From Candidatus Egerieousia sp. (GTDB lineage: Bacteria > Bacteroidota > Bacteroidia > Bacteroidales > UBA932): 64,000 nucleotides of DNA. The stretch lies in contig DAONEN010000001.1 of the NCBI GenBank assembly GCA_035403105.1, positions 32,184 through 96,183 of the forward strand. Reading direction: 5' to 3'. The translations under genes and the position numbers were made by a program. The notes under the pieces were generated by a model. That model searched no databases and had not been told where the DNA came from. It saw only the letters and a list, made by a program, of their open reading frames with translations. Positions 27,404 to 38,172 of the stretch are shown piece after piece (position 1 is the first letter of the stretch; each line of letters opens with the position of its first letter).

Positions 27404-29083
27404 ATGCCCTGGAAAAAACTCATGACACTAGTGTGTTGCGTCTTTTTGATGTGCACTTCTTTTTTTGTTTTTGCACAGAGCACTCTTAAAGAGGAAATCA
27501 TCCGTTATGTATCTGATACATCAAATAAACATATAGACAGTTCTCATGATGCAGAGCCGATAATAATTAATCACAAAATCATAGCAAGCGGTGACAGACA
27601 GTTTTATCCTTATGAGTATATTAATAAGGATGGAGCGCCAGATGGTTTTGATGTTGAACTGTTCCGGGCTCTTATGAAGAATCTTCATTTGGACTACGAT
27701 CTTACGCTTGGGGATTGGTCTCAGGTTCACCAACTTATGAAGAATGAAAAAATTGATGTAATTGTCGGAGTAATGTATTCTCCCCAGAGGGCCAAGTATA
27801 TCAAGTTTAGTATCCCCCATAGTATCCTTACGCTCTCTTTTACAGTAAGAAATGGGAGCGGTTTTGAGTCTTCAGATAATTTGAGGGGCAAGAGGATTGT
27901 GGTGCAGAAAATGGACAGGGGATATGACTATTTGCATGAAACGGGTTTTACAGATAAAATAGTGGCAGTGAACACAATAAAAGAGGGTTTTAGAATGCTT
28001 GAATCAGGAGATTGCGATGCCGTTTTATTTGATCATCTCTCTTCACTGACTATGGCAAGAGATTTAAAGTTGGAAGATACCAAGATTATTGCCTCAAATA
28101 TTGCTCCTCAACGCTATTCGATTGGTGTCAACAATAAAGATGAAGACTTGTTATTTCTTCTCAATGAGGGACTTTATGAGATGAAAGTCAGCGGAGAATA
28201 CGATAAAATTTATGATAAGTGGTTTAATGTTACCGACCCTGGCGGGGAGAGGTACAAGCGCACGATATTCATCGTGAAATGTGTTTTGGTCTCACTTTGG
28301 GTTTTGCTGATGTTGGGTGTAATTTTTATTTTGGTATTAAAGTCTAAAGTAAAGAGATCAACAATGGAAATTCTAAAAGAAAGGGATAGGGCGGAAAGGG
28401 CAGATAAATTGAAAAGTGTTTTCTTATCAAATATGAGTCATGAAATTCGTACACCGCTTAATGCAATTGTCGGTTTTGCAAGCCTTTTGTGCGAGGAGGG
28501 GCAAGACATTGAGGATAAAAAAAACTATGCGGAGATTATAAAATGTAACAGCAGGCAATTGCTTCAACTTGCGAGCGATATACTTGATACTGCAAGAATT
28601 GAATCAGGTACTCTAGTCCTTAATAAAAACGATTTTACCATAGAAGATCCGTGTATGGAAGCTTTTATTTCAGTGAAGGTTAACTTTAATAGCAAGGACG
28701 TAATTCTGCAAGAAGACTATCAGTGTGATTGTCTTGTGAATGCAGATTTGCTAAGAATAGAGCAGGTTGTCGCAAACTTTCTTACCAATGCGATAAAGTT
28801 CACTAAAAAGGGCTCAATCACTTTGAGTACAATTCGTTGTCAAGATGTTGATATGGTTGAAGTCTCTGTTACAGATACCGGTATTGGCATTTCTAATGAA
28901 GATGCCAATACCGTATTTGACAGATTTAAGCAAGTTGGCAAAATGGGCAAAGGCACCGGTCTCGGCTTGTCTATAAGCAAGAACATCATAGAATTAAGCG
29001 GAGGGGAGATTGGAGTTGATTCTGAAGAGGGAAAAGGCTCCAAGTTCTGGTTTCGCCTTCCTATAGCGGGAATGTCTCACTAA
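27404..29083 (+). CDS. Sensor histidine kinase with periplasmic SBP_bac_3 (Venus-flytrap) domain
   Basis: Signal peptide, SBP3-like region (DRQFYPYEYINKDGAPDGFDVELF), TM, and the H-box VFLSNMSHEIRTPLNAIVGF. NAIKFT, DTGIGI and GTGLGLSI are intact. There is no PAS and no REC. Confidence 0.85.
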   Translation: MPWKKLMTLVCCVFLMCTSFFVFAQSTLKEEIIRYVSDTSNKHIDSSHDAEPIIINHKIIASGDRQFYPYEYINKDGAPDGFDVELFRALMKNLHLDYDLTLGDWSQVHQLMKNEKIDVIVGVMYSPQRAKYIKFSIPHSILTLSFTVRNGSGFESSDNLRGKRIVVQKMDRGYDYLHETGFTDKIVAVNTIKEGFRMLESGDCDAVLFDHLSSLTMARDLKLEDTKIIASNIAPQRYSIGVNNKDEDLLFLLNEGLYEMKVSGEYDKIYDKWFNVTDPGGERYKRTIFIVKCVLVSLWVLLMLGVIFILVLKSKVKRSTMEILKERDRAERADKLKSVFLSNMSHEIRTPLNAIVGFASLLCEEGQDIEDKKNYAEIIKCNSRQLLQLASDILDTARIESGTLVLNKNDFTIEDPCMEAFISVKVNFNSKDVILQEDYQCDCLVNADLLRIEQVVANFLTNAIKFTKKGSITLSTIRCQDVDMVEVSVTDTGIGISNEDANTVFDRFKQVGKMGKGTGLGLSISKNIIELSGGEIGVDSEEGKGSKFWFRLPIAGMSH

Positions 29084-30044
29084 TAGGGAATAACCCAAAC
29101 AAACCGCCTGTATGGATGAACAAAATATTCCCATTGTGGCTGAAATTTCCTCCCGGCTGAAGTTCATTCCAAATGCCGTACATGGCTTTCCCGGTGTAAA
29201 CCGGATCAAATATAATCCCTTCTGTTCTAGCTGCTTTTTTAATAAATTCCAGTTCTTCCGGTCTGCTTAATGCGTAACCTATCCCAACATATTTATCATT
29301 GATTTCTATGTTGTTCTTGTCTAATTTTCTTCCTTTATATTCCGGTAGCAAAGCGACAGCTTCGGATGCTATTTCATAAGCAGTATCTGTAAAGTATTTA
29401 GTATCATCACATACTGCCATTCCCACAATTCGTTTTCCAAGGGTCATTAATTCATTTGCAAGGTAAAGTCCTGCTACAGTTCCGCCGCTGCCTGTTGCTA
29501 CAACAATTGTATCAAATTGAATACCTAGCAGCTTCTCTTGTTCCAGAATTTCTTTCATACAATTAAAATAACCCATTGTACCAATAGCATCAGATGCTCC
29601 TTCTGGGATCACGTATGGTTTATATCCTTGAGCCTTATACTCTTCCGCCATTTGGTTCATGATTTCCGCGCGGTGATTTTTATACTCTTCCTGGTTGCAG
29701 AATTTAACATCTGCACCAAGCAACCTGTCGAGAAAATAATTGCCCGTCACAGGCGGGGTTTGAGAGATTCTAAGAAGTACTGCCGATTTCATCCCAAGCA
29801 ATGTGGCAACCTCTACTGTTGCACGGCAATGGTTGGATTGTATTCCTCCGCAGGTAATCAGCATGTTGCAGCCTTTATCCAGTGCCTCGGCAGCTTCATA
29901 TTCCAATTTGCGGATTTTATTTCCGGAAAATTCACTGCCGGTTTGATCGTCACGTTTGATGTATAGATTGGCATTCAATTCTTTTGAAAGTCTCTCCAGT
30001 TTTTGAATTTTAGTTGGCAGGTTAGCCAGATTTAACTTTTTCAT
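29061..30044 (-). CDS. PLP-dependent D-cysteine desulfhydrase / ACC deaminase family protein
   Basis: SGNKIRKLEY contains the PLP lysine motif, and GGIQSNHCRAT and GTGGT-like ATGSGGT are present. The start was set at the ATG (MKKLNL), because the track's TTG start lies inside the promoter box. The 3' end overlaps the convergent kinase gene by 23 nt. Confidence 0.8.
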   Translation of the reverse strand: MKKLNLANLPTKIQKLERLSKELNANLYIKRDDQTGSEFSGNKIRKLEYEAAEALDKGCNMLITCGGIQSNHCRATVEVATLLGMKSAVLLRISQTPPVTGNYFLDRLLGADVKFCNQEEYKNHRAEIMNQMAEEYKAQGYKPYVIPEGASDAIGTMGYFNCMKEILEQEKLLGIQFDTIVVATGSGGTVAGLYLANELMTLGKRIVGMAVCDDTKYFTDTAYEIASEAVALLPEYKGRKLDKNNIEINDKYVGIGYALSRPEELEFIKKAARTEGIIFDPVYTGKAMYGIWNELQPGGNFSHNGNILFIHTGGLFGLFPISETFPL

Positions 30045-30077
30045 TTTTTCATTTTTTACGGAACTTAATTTGTGTGG

Positions 30078-30085
30078 CAAATTTA
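30078..30085 (-). promoter_or_regulatory. -7 box TAAATTTG (desulfhydrase gene)
   Basis: Reverse complement of CAAATTTA. It sits back-to-back with the plus-strand box at 30099. Confidence 0.45.
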
Positions 30086-30098
30086 CTATGACTTTTAG

Positions 30099-30106
30099 TA
30101 ACTTTG
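30099..30106 (+). promoter_or_regulatory. -7 box TAACTTTG (large secreted protein gene)
   Basis: TAnnTTTG match 58 nt upstream of the ATG at 30164. Confidence 0.45.
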
Positions 30107-30163
30107 CAAAAATCTCCGTACTATTTTACGGACTGTTTCAGTTTAGAAAGAAATACTCTAATT

Positions 30164-33100
30164 ATGATAAAAAACAAATTTTTTTCAAGAACGGCAGTAT
30201 CGCTTTTTGTTGCCGTATTATGCTGTTCTTTAAGTCTTTATGCACAACCGGAAAAGTACATTACATCCAGGCTTAAGGGTAAAAACTACACAAAAGTTAC
30301 AGATGTTGCAGATTTCGCATCGGCTGCTGTTGCTGTAAAAGCCTATCTTTTACCAACTTCCGGAATCAGAGTGCCAATAAAAGTGGAGTCCGCCTACACT
30401 TTTGCGGATGATGATTCATTACTAATATGTTTTAATAGTCAAATGGCAGATTATCCTTTCCGTCCTCAGACTGTTAAAGAGGTTTATTCATTGACCCGTC
30501 AGAATCTTCCGGAAAAGTACAAAGACAAAAAAATGGGTATCATTGCAAATGACTCAAAAATAGAAGATTTAGTACCTCCATTTTTTAATCCCGACAGTAA
30601 ATTTTTTAAACTTCAGAGTGAGGCTGAGGAACTTTTGCAGGATGGTAAATTAGCGGCAAGAGAAGAGAAGGCTGAGGCCAAGAAAAAAAGCGCGAGGGAG
30701 AAGGATAAAAATTTTACTCCGCCATTGAAATCAGAGACATCACGTCCGTATGATATTTATAATGGTCTGCAAGATAGACATATATGTGTTTCAAACAGTC
30801 ACGGATGGTATTATGAGCCAAAACTGGACAGATGGGAGTGGCAAAGAGCCAGACTGTTTGAAACAGTTGAGGATATGTACACTCAGAGCTATGTTATTCC
30901 GTTCCTTGTTCCAATGTTGGAAAATGCAGGTGCGGTTGTAATGATGCCAAAAGAGAGGGATTACAACAAAAATGAGATAATTGTTGATAATGATACAAAT
31001 ACGGATGGCCTCTCCGTCACAAACGGAGTATCTTCTTGGCAAAAGGGTGATTCCCTTGGATTTGCAAACCCAAAGGAATCATACGTATTCAAAGAGAATC
31101 CGTTTAAACTAGGTTCCTATCTTCAGGTTCAGGGACTTATTAAATCTTCTAAGCCGGCAGAAGAAAACCAGATAGAAAAAAATGAGAGTGAGGTTAAATG
31201 GCTTCCAAATATTCCTGAAGATGGAAACTATGCGGTTTATATTTCATATCATTCTCTACCGGAGAGTACTAAGAGTGCCGGATATACTGTTAAGTATAGC
31301 GGCGGCATTGCAAAATTCAGAGTTAATCAGCAGATGGGAGGGGGAATATGGGTTTATCTTGGCACATTTTATTTTAAGAAAGGGGCAAATGATCAGGGTG
31401 TTTATTTAACAAATGTGAACTCGTTGGATAAGGGGATTGTAACTGCTGATGCTGTAAAATTTGGCGGAGGATGGGGCAACATGGCCCGCGGAAAAGGAGA
31501 TGGTTATATCAGCGAAATGCCAAGATTCGCAGAGGGAGCAAGATATTGGCTGCAATGGAGCGGTTTCCCGGATACGGTTTACTCATATTCTCATAACTTA
31601 AATGACTACAATGATGATTATGTAAGCCGCGGCAAATGGACAAACAGATTGGCAGGCGGTTCATCCAAATTGCCAAACTGGGGATATGGCGGAGAGAAAA
31701 TCCCGATAGATTTATCTTTTGCTCTTCATACGGATGCCGGTACTTTTTTAAATGACTCAATCGTTGGTACACTCTCTATCTATACTCGTAACTGTGAAGA
31801 TTTTGGCGGAGGTATAAAATATCCAAACGGAGAGGACAGATTGTATGGACGAGAGCTCGCCGATATAGTTCAAACACAGGTGGTTAATGACGTATCCGGC
31901 AAGTACGGATTCCCATGGACAAGGAGGGGATTGTGGGATCGTTCTTATTCAGAGAGCAGGACCCCTCAGGTTCCTGGAATGTTGCTGGAATTCTTGTCAC
32001 ATGAGAACTTTGCAGACATGAAATACGGTCTTGACCCCGCATTTAGATTTACGGCTGCAAGAGGAATGTACAAGGGAATATTAAAATTCCTTGCATTTAA
32101 AAATAATGTGCCGTATGTTGTTGAACCTCTTCCTGTTAATGATGTAAGGGTGACAGTAGATAACGGAGATTCTTCTGATAATTCATCCTTGCAGCAAGGC
32201 AAGCATAAAAGAAAATCTTCTGCATCCAGAAGAAGCAGGAAAAATAAAAAGAACAGAGATGTCGTTGCCCAGACAACGCCTCGTATCTATAATGTAGTTG
32301 ATGCAAGCAAGACAGTTTATGCGCAAGTAGATTGGTCTGCAGTAGAAGACCCGGAGGAGCCAACGGCAAAACCATCTAATTATCTTGTTTATACGGCAAT
32401 TGACGATAACGGTTTTGATGGGGGAACTGTTGTGAAAGACACAGCATATAGAGTTGAAATAGAAAAGGGAAAAGTATATAGATTTAAAATATGCGCTCTT
32501 AATGAGGGCGGAAAGAGTTTCCCTTCAGAAGTTGTAGCTGTCGGGATATCAGGTAATTCTAATAAAGAAAAAGTTGCTCTTATTGTAAATGCCTTTGACA
32601 GAGTAGGTTCTCCAAAATGGCTGCAGAGCAGAGATTCCACTCTGGCAGGTTTCTTTGATGATTATGATCATGGCGTGCCCTATATTCAAGATGCAGGCTT
32701 TATAGGCAGTATGTATGAATTCCGCCGCAGTGTTCCATGGACCGATGATGATGCTCCCGGATTTGGAGCCTGTCACGGTGACTATGCAAAAATGGTAATA
32801 GCCGGCAACACGTTTGATTACTCTTACGATCATGGAATAGCCTTTATGCAAAAGGGTTATAGCTTTGTGTCATCTACCCGCAGCGCAGTTGAAAAAGGAA
32901 AGACAATCCTGAAAGATTACGACATCTGCGATATGATTATGGGCAAGCAGGCTCAGAGCAATGATGGAGGAAAAATGAAAGCGGTGAACTTTGCAGTTTA
33001 TACTCCTGCAATGAGAGAGGCAATCGTTAAATTCTGTGCCGGAGGCAGAAAACTTTTATTGTCAGGAGCTTACATATCTACTGATTTAATTGACGGATAT

Positions 33101-33466
33101 AAAATAGATACCGGAGGAAAGAATTTTGCGTCCAAGGTCCTTAAATTCAAATGGATGACTCACTCTGCTTCAACTGACGGACATATTTCCGCCGTAGATA
33201 ACCCGTTTGGCTTTAGCGGAGATTACAATTTCTATTCTCAGCTGAATGAGAAAAAATATTGCTGCGAGTCTCCGGATGCCTTCACTCCTGAGGAGAAAAA
33301 TGCTTACACTATTTTTAGATATCCGCAGACAAGTATCTCTGCAGCAGTAGCTTATAAGGGGAATGATTATAGAATAGCATCCTTTGGATTCCCGTTGGAG
33401 ACTTTAACTTCACAAGCTCAGATTAATAAATTAATTGGGCAGGTTATAGATTTCTTTGAGAAATAA
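30164..33466 (+). CDS. Large secreted multidomain protein (family often annotated xanthan lyase / amidase-like with golvesin-C-like and Fn3-like modules)
   Basis: The long ORF with signal peptide MIKNKFFSRTAVSLFVAVLCCSLSLYAQ is certain. The domain assignment (FRVNQQMGGGIWVYLGTFYF; FALHTDAG; LLEFLSHENFADM) is from memory of Bacteroides homologs and is weak. Confidence 0.45.
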   Translation: MIKNKFFSRTAVSLFVAVLCCSLSLYAQPEKYITSRLKGKNYTKVTDVADFASAAVAVKAYLLPTSGIRVPIKVESAYTFADDDSLLICFNSQMADYPFRPQTVKEVYSLTRQNLPEKYKDKKMGIIANDSKIEDLVPPFFNPDSKFFKLQSEAEELLQDGKLAAREEKAEAKKKSAREKDKNFTPPLKSETSRPYDIYNGLQDRHICVSNSHGWYYEPKLDRWEWQRARLFETVEDMYTQSYVIPFLVPMLENAGAVVMMPKERDYNKNEIIVDNDTNTDGLSVTNGVSSWQKGDSLGFANPKESYVFKENPFKLGSYLQVQGLIKSSKPAEENQIEKNESEVKWLPNIPEDGNYAVYISYHSLPESTKSAGYTVKYSGGIAKFRVNQQMGGGIWVYLGTFYFKKGANDQGVYLTNVNSLDKGIVTADAVKFGGGWGNMARGKGDGYISEMPRFAEGARYWLQWSGFPDTVYSYSHNLNDYNDDYVSRGKWTNRLAGGSSKLPNWGYGGEKIPIDLSFALHTDAGTFLNDSIVGTLSIYTRNCEDFGGGIKYPNGEDRLYGRELADIVQTQVVNDVSGKYGFPWTRRGLWDRSYSESRTPQVPGMLLEFLSHENFADMKYGLDPAFRFTAARGMYKGILKFLAFKNNVPYVVEPLPVNDVRVTVDNGDSSDNSSLQQGKHKRKSSASRRSRKNKKNRDVVAQTTPRIYNVVDASKTVYAQVDWSAVEDPEEPTAKPSNYLVYTAIDDNGFDGGTVVKDTAYRVEIEKGKVYRFKICALNEGGKSFPSEVVAVGISGNSNKEKVALIVNAFDRVGSPKWLQSRDSTLAGFFDDYDHGVPYIQDAGFIGSMYEFRRSVPWTDDDAPGFGACHGDYAKMVIAGNTFDYSYDHGIAFMQKGYSFVSSTRSAVEKGKTILKDYDICDMIMGKQAQSNDGGKMKAVNFAVYTPAMREAIVKFCAGGRKLLLSGAYISTDLIDGYKIDTGGKNFASKVLKFKWMTHSASTDGHISAVDNPFGFSGDYNFYSQLNEKKYCCESPDAFTPEEKNAYTIFRYPQTSISAAVAYKGNDYRIASFGFPLETLTSQAQINKLIGQVIDFFEK

Positions 33467-33499
33467 ATTGCCTTATAGATTGCATAACAAATAAAGAGT

Positions 33500-34956
33500 A
33501 TGAAAAGAAACATTTCTGTGATTCATCTGTTTGCCTTTATCATGCTGGTATCCAGCGTTTCTGTTGGCGCGCAGGAAGTTAGGGAGAAGATATTTAGTAA
33601 TGTCAATATTGGTGGCGGAAGTTTGTGGGCATATCCGTATACTGCAACTGCATCTGCTCCTGCAACGGTTGCTGTGCCAAAATTGACTCCGGCGCCGCAG
33701 GGCTACAAACCATTCTATATCAGTCATTACGGAAGACATGGCTCACGCTGGCTGATAAGTCCTAAAGATTATGGTTTTGCTTATGATGTATTTAATGCGG
33801 CTGAGAAAGCGGGTGTTCTTACTCCTCTCGGTGCTTCCGTTAAACTTAAAGTTGATTCAATTTATATTGCATCAACCGGCCGGCTTGGGGAGCTGACACA
33901 ACTTGGCGCAAAACAACACAGAGAAATTGCAGACAGAATGATTGCAACTTTCCGGAAGTCTTTGCCGGAGATGTAAAAGTTGATGCTCGATCAACAGTTA
34001 TAATACGCTGTATATTAAGCATGATGGCGGAATGCGGAGAGCTTAAGGCATACAATAAAAACATCAGCATAACCAATGACGCAAGCGAGCATGACATGTA
34101 TTATATGAATTATGATGATAAAGACGGAGCCTTAAGTTTTGCTAAGTTTTATGAAGATGAGGGCAGAAAGAGCGCATTGGAAACCTTTGAGGCAAACAAT
34201 ACTCATCCCGACAGATTGATGTCCGCTTTGTTTACCGATACTACATTTATTACAAGATGCTCTGTCCCTTATGACAAAAAATCCTACGGACCAGACGGCA
34301 AAGTAATTATCTCCAACCAGTCTGTTCATCTTTTCAACAAGCTGTGCAATCTGGCTCAGTCTATGCAGGACCTTGATTTTAAGATTTCTATGAAAGATGT
34401 CTTTACAAAGGAAGAACTTTATAATTACTATTTGAATGACAATGCTTATTGGTACTGCATAAGAGGATTTTCAGAGCTGTCGGGAGCCAAAATGCCTTAC
34501 AGCCAAACATATCTTCTTAAAAATATTATCAAAAGCGCAGATTCCGTTATTGCCTGCAACGGACGCGGTGCTACTTTAAGATTTGGACATGATTCGGACG
34601 TGCTTCCGCTATCATGTCTGATTGGAATTAATGGCGGCAATTACCAGACCGGCAATTTGGATTCCCTTGCATATCATTGGAACATAGTAGATTATATCTC
34701 AATGGCTGCAAACATTCAGTTTATATTTTATAGGAAATCAGCGACAGGAAAAACTAACGGAAAGACGGTTGCAAAGGCTAGTGCGTGCGCAAATAAGCAT
34801 GCAAACGCTGTTGCAAATGCTCCCGTTTATGTAAAAATCTTAGTCAATGAACGTGAAGCCAAGCTCCCCCTAGAGAGCAAGATGTGGCCCTACTATGATT
34901 GGAAAGACTTAAGGCAATACTTCACGGACATCCTTGTAAAATCTCCCGTCAAGTAG
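33500..34956 (+). pseudogene. Histidine acid phosphatase (branch 2, MINPP-like) interrupted by a 1-nt frameshift
   Basis: ORF 33500-33976 carries the signal peptide and the RHGSRW catalytic motif. ORF 34021-34956 carries the HD motif (FGHDSDV). The second frame stays open upstream and reads NFPEVFAGDVKVDARSTVIIRCILSM, continuous with the first ORF if one base is restored near 33944-33954. Confidence 0.75.
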
Positions 34957-34999
34957 GGAATGTGAAAAAAATGACAATTTGTTACTTGAGAACCATATG

Positions 35000-35031
35000 G
35001 AAAAGGGCCTGAAAATTTCTTCTCAGACCCT
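35000..35031. terminator. Hairpin terminator between the phosphatase gene and rnpB
   Basis: AGGGCCTGA / TCAGACCCT stem with one mismatch, flanked by AAAA and TATTTT. Confidence 0.6.
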
Positions 35032-35035
35032 CTAT

Positions 35036-35376
35036 TTTGCAGGCGGGAGTGTAAGCCGAATTCTGTACCGTTTAAACAGCGGCCTTTATCATTTATCTAA
35101 TGCAGCCTACCCCCCGGCAACGAGCGAGCAGCTCTTAACTGCCGGTATATGTGGCCTTGCAGGATGTGGCTGAATACTAAAGCAAAATCACTTTTGCCTT
35201 CTGTGAGCTCTTGACTCGCATTTTCACCCTTGCTTCCATCCGTTTCCACGGAAAAAAGCGGTTGTTTTCTGTTACCCTCACACAAGCTTTCACCTGTCTG
35301 CGCTTTCCGCAGCACATTGCTCTATCCTGTCCGGACTTTCCTCCCAATTACTTGAGCGATAAAGCCTCCCGCCGTG
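35036..35376 (-). ncRNA. rnpB: RNase P RNA, bacterial type A
   Basis: The minus strand contains the universally conserved P4 strands GGGAGGAAAGTCCGGAC (5') and ACAGAATTCGGCTTACA (3'). P1 pairs GGCGGGAG (35366-35373 rc) with CTCCCGCC (35042-49 rc). GGGTGAAAATGCGAGTCAAGAGC and ACAGAAAACAACCGC also match conserved blocks. The ends are approximate to about 5 nt. Confidence 0.9.
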
Positions 35377-35379
35377 GCA

Positions 35380-35387
35380 CAAAAGTA
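35380..35387 (-). promoter_or_regulatory. -7 box TACTTTTG (rnpB)
   Basis: The reverse complement of CAAAAGTA lies immediately upstream of the P1 5' strand. Confidence 0.6.
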
Positions 35388-35447
35388 TGCTTTTTAATTT
35401 TACAAAGCAAATGCGGTAAAAACTTTGCTTTGAATTTTAATTAGAAT

Positions 35448-35455
35448 TACCTTTG
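35448..35455 (+). promoter_or_regulatory. -7 box TACCTTTG (pyrG)
   Basis: TAnnTTTG match 49 nt upstream of the pyrG ATG. Confidence 0.5.
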
Positions 35456-35473
35456 CATCCCGACAGGAAGTGA

Positions 35474-37165
<1,692 letters not shown>

Positions 37166-37172
37166 TTTTGGT

Positions 37173-38012
37173 ATGAAGGTTAGTAAATTGCATATTAAAA
37201 AAGGGGCCGTTATATTTTTTATTATGGTTTTTGCTTTTTTGCTATGCTCTGTAAATAACGGTGCTATGGCAGATAATTTAACTGGCAGATCTGAGAGTTC
37301 TGCAGGAAAAACCATTGCAAAGAAATATAAAGTTAGGGTGCTTGCCACTTTTCCTCACGACAGACATTCCTATACTCAGGGATTGTTTTTCAATAAGGGA
37401 GTAATGTATGAGAGCGCAGGACAATACGGTGAAAGCAGCTTTAGGATAGTGGATTACAAGACAGGGAGTCTTAAGAAAAGATGGAATTTTAATGCAAAAT
37501 ATTTTCTGGAGGGTTCATGCATTTTTGGAAACAATATTTACATTCTTACATGGCAGGAACATTCATGTTTTGTTTACTCTGCAGATAAATTTAAGAAGGT
37601 AGGTGTGGCTTCATATCCTACTGAAGGATGGGGACTTACAACTGATGGCAAAGAGATGATTATGAGCGATGGCTCATCCACTTTGTATTTTATGGACCCG
37701 GCCAGTTTCTATTGCACGCGCAGAATTAATGTTACCCTGAACGGCGCACCTCTTAAATGGATTAATGAACTTGAATATATAGACGGTCTTGTTTGGGCAA
37801 ACGTTTATGAGACAGACAAGATGGTTATGATTGATCCCAAAACCGGCATTGTAAAAGCAGAGCTTGATTGCAGCGGTATTCTCTCTGCGTCATTGAAAAA
37901 GGCTGATACAGATGTGCTTAACGGTATTGCGTATAATCCGTTGGATGGTGGCATTTATATTACCGGCAAGTATTGGCCTCGTCTTTTCCGTATTGCTAAT
38001 CCATTAAGGTAA
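37173..38012 (+). CDS. Glutaminyl-peptide cyclotransferase (beta-propeller, plant/bacterial type)
   Basis: Signal/TM segment followed by HDRHSYTQGLFF...YESAGQYGESS...GWGLTTDG...NELEYIDG..WANV, which is typical of Glu_cyclase_2. The start was set at the ATG after the pyrG stop. Confidence 0.8.
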   Translation: MKVSKLHIKKGAVIFFIMVFAFLLCSVNNGAMADNLTGRSESSAGKTIAKKYKVRVLATFPHDRHSYTQGLFFNKGVMYESAGQYGESSFRIVDYKTGSLKKRWNFNAKYFLEGSCIFGNNIYILTWQEHSCFVYSADKFKKVGVASYPTEGWGLTTDGKEMIMSDGSSTLYFMDPASFYCTRRINVTLNGAPLKWINELEYIDGLVWANVYETDKMVMIDPKTGIVKAELDCSGILSASLKKADTDVLNGIAYNPLDGGIYITGKYWPRLFRIANPLR

Positions 38013-38046
38013 TCATTTATATTTTTGTTTTGCAAAAACAAAAATA

Positions 38047-38054
38047 TATCTTTG
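38047..38054 (+). promoter_or_regulatory. -7 box TATCTTTG (thiamine uptake operon)
   Basis: TAnnTTTG match immediately upstream of the riboswitch. Confidence 0.5.
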
Positions 38055-38055
38055 C

Positions 38056-38135
38056 AGCGGCTTAGGGGTGCCGAAAGGCTGAGATCATACCCTTGGAACC
38101 TGACACGGTTAGTACCGCCGGAGGGAGAGCAAGAT
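38056..38135 (+). promoter_or_regulatory. TPP (THI-box) riboswitch
   Basis: The conserved blocks appear in order: GGGGTGC, GCTGAGA, ACCC, GAACCTGA, GGTTAGTACC, GCCGGAGGGA. Confidence 0.85.
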
Positions 38136-38172
38136 ACCTTTGCATTTCTAAGCTTTTAATATTTAGCTTGTT

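Noticed and set aside
29061-29083. 23-nt overlap of the convergent kinase and desulfhydrase genes as a possible antisense regulatory feature
   Set aside because: Short 3'-3' overlaps are common. No hairpin or other signal is present, so this is not worth a finding.
30045-30163. ORF-track starts at 30080 (minus) and 30104 (plus)
   Set aside because: Both are TTG codons lying inside the back-to-back TAnnTTTG promoter boxes. The downstream ATGs give proper signal-peptide or N-terminal sequences.
34979-35444. Three small ORFs (34979-35173 +, 35097-35315 -, 35211-35444 +) in the gap between the phosphatase gene and pyrG
   Set aside because: The region is RNase P RNA on the minus strand, with conserved P4 strands and a P1 helix present. 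The ORFs are artefacts of a GC-rich structured RNA gene.
38131-38172. Second TACCTTTG box downstream of the TPP aptamer as an independent promoter
   Set aside because: It lies inside the riboswitch expression platform, about 30 nt before the ATG. It is more likely a coincidental match or part of the regulatory hairpin, and this cannot be resolved from sequence alone.
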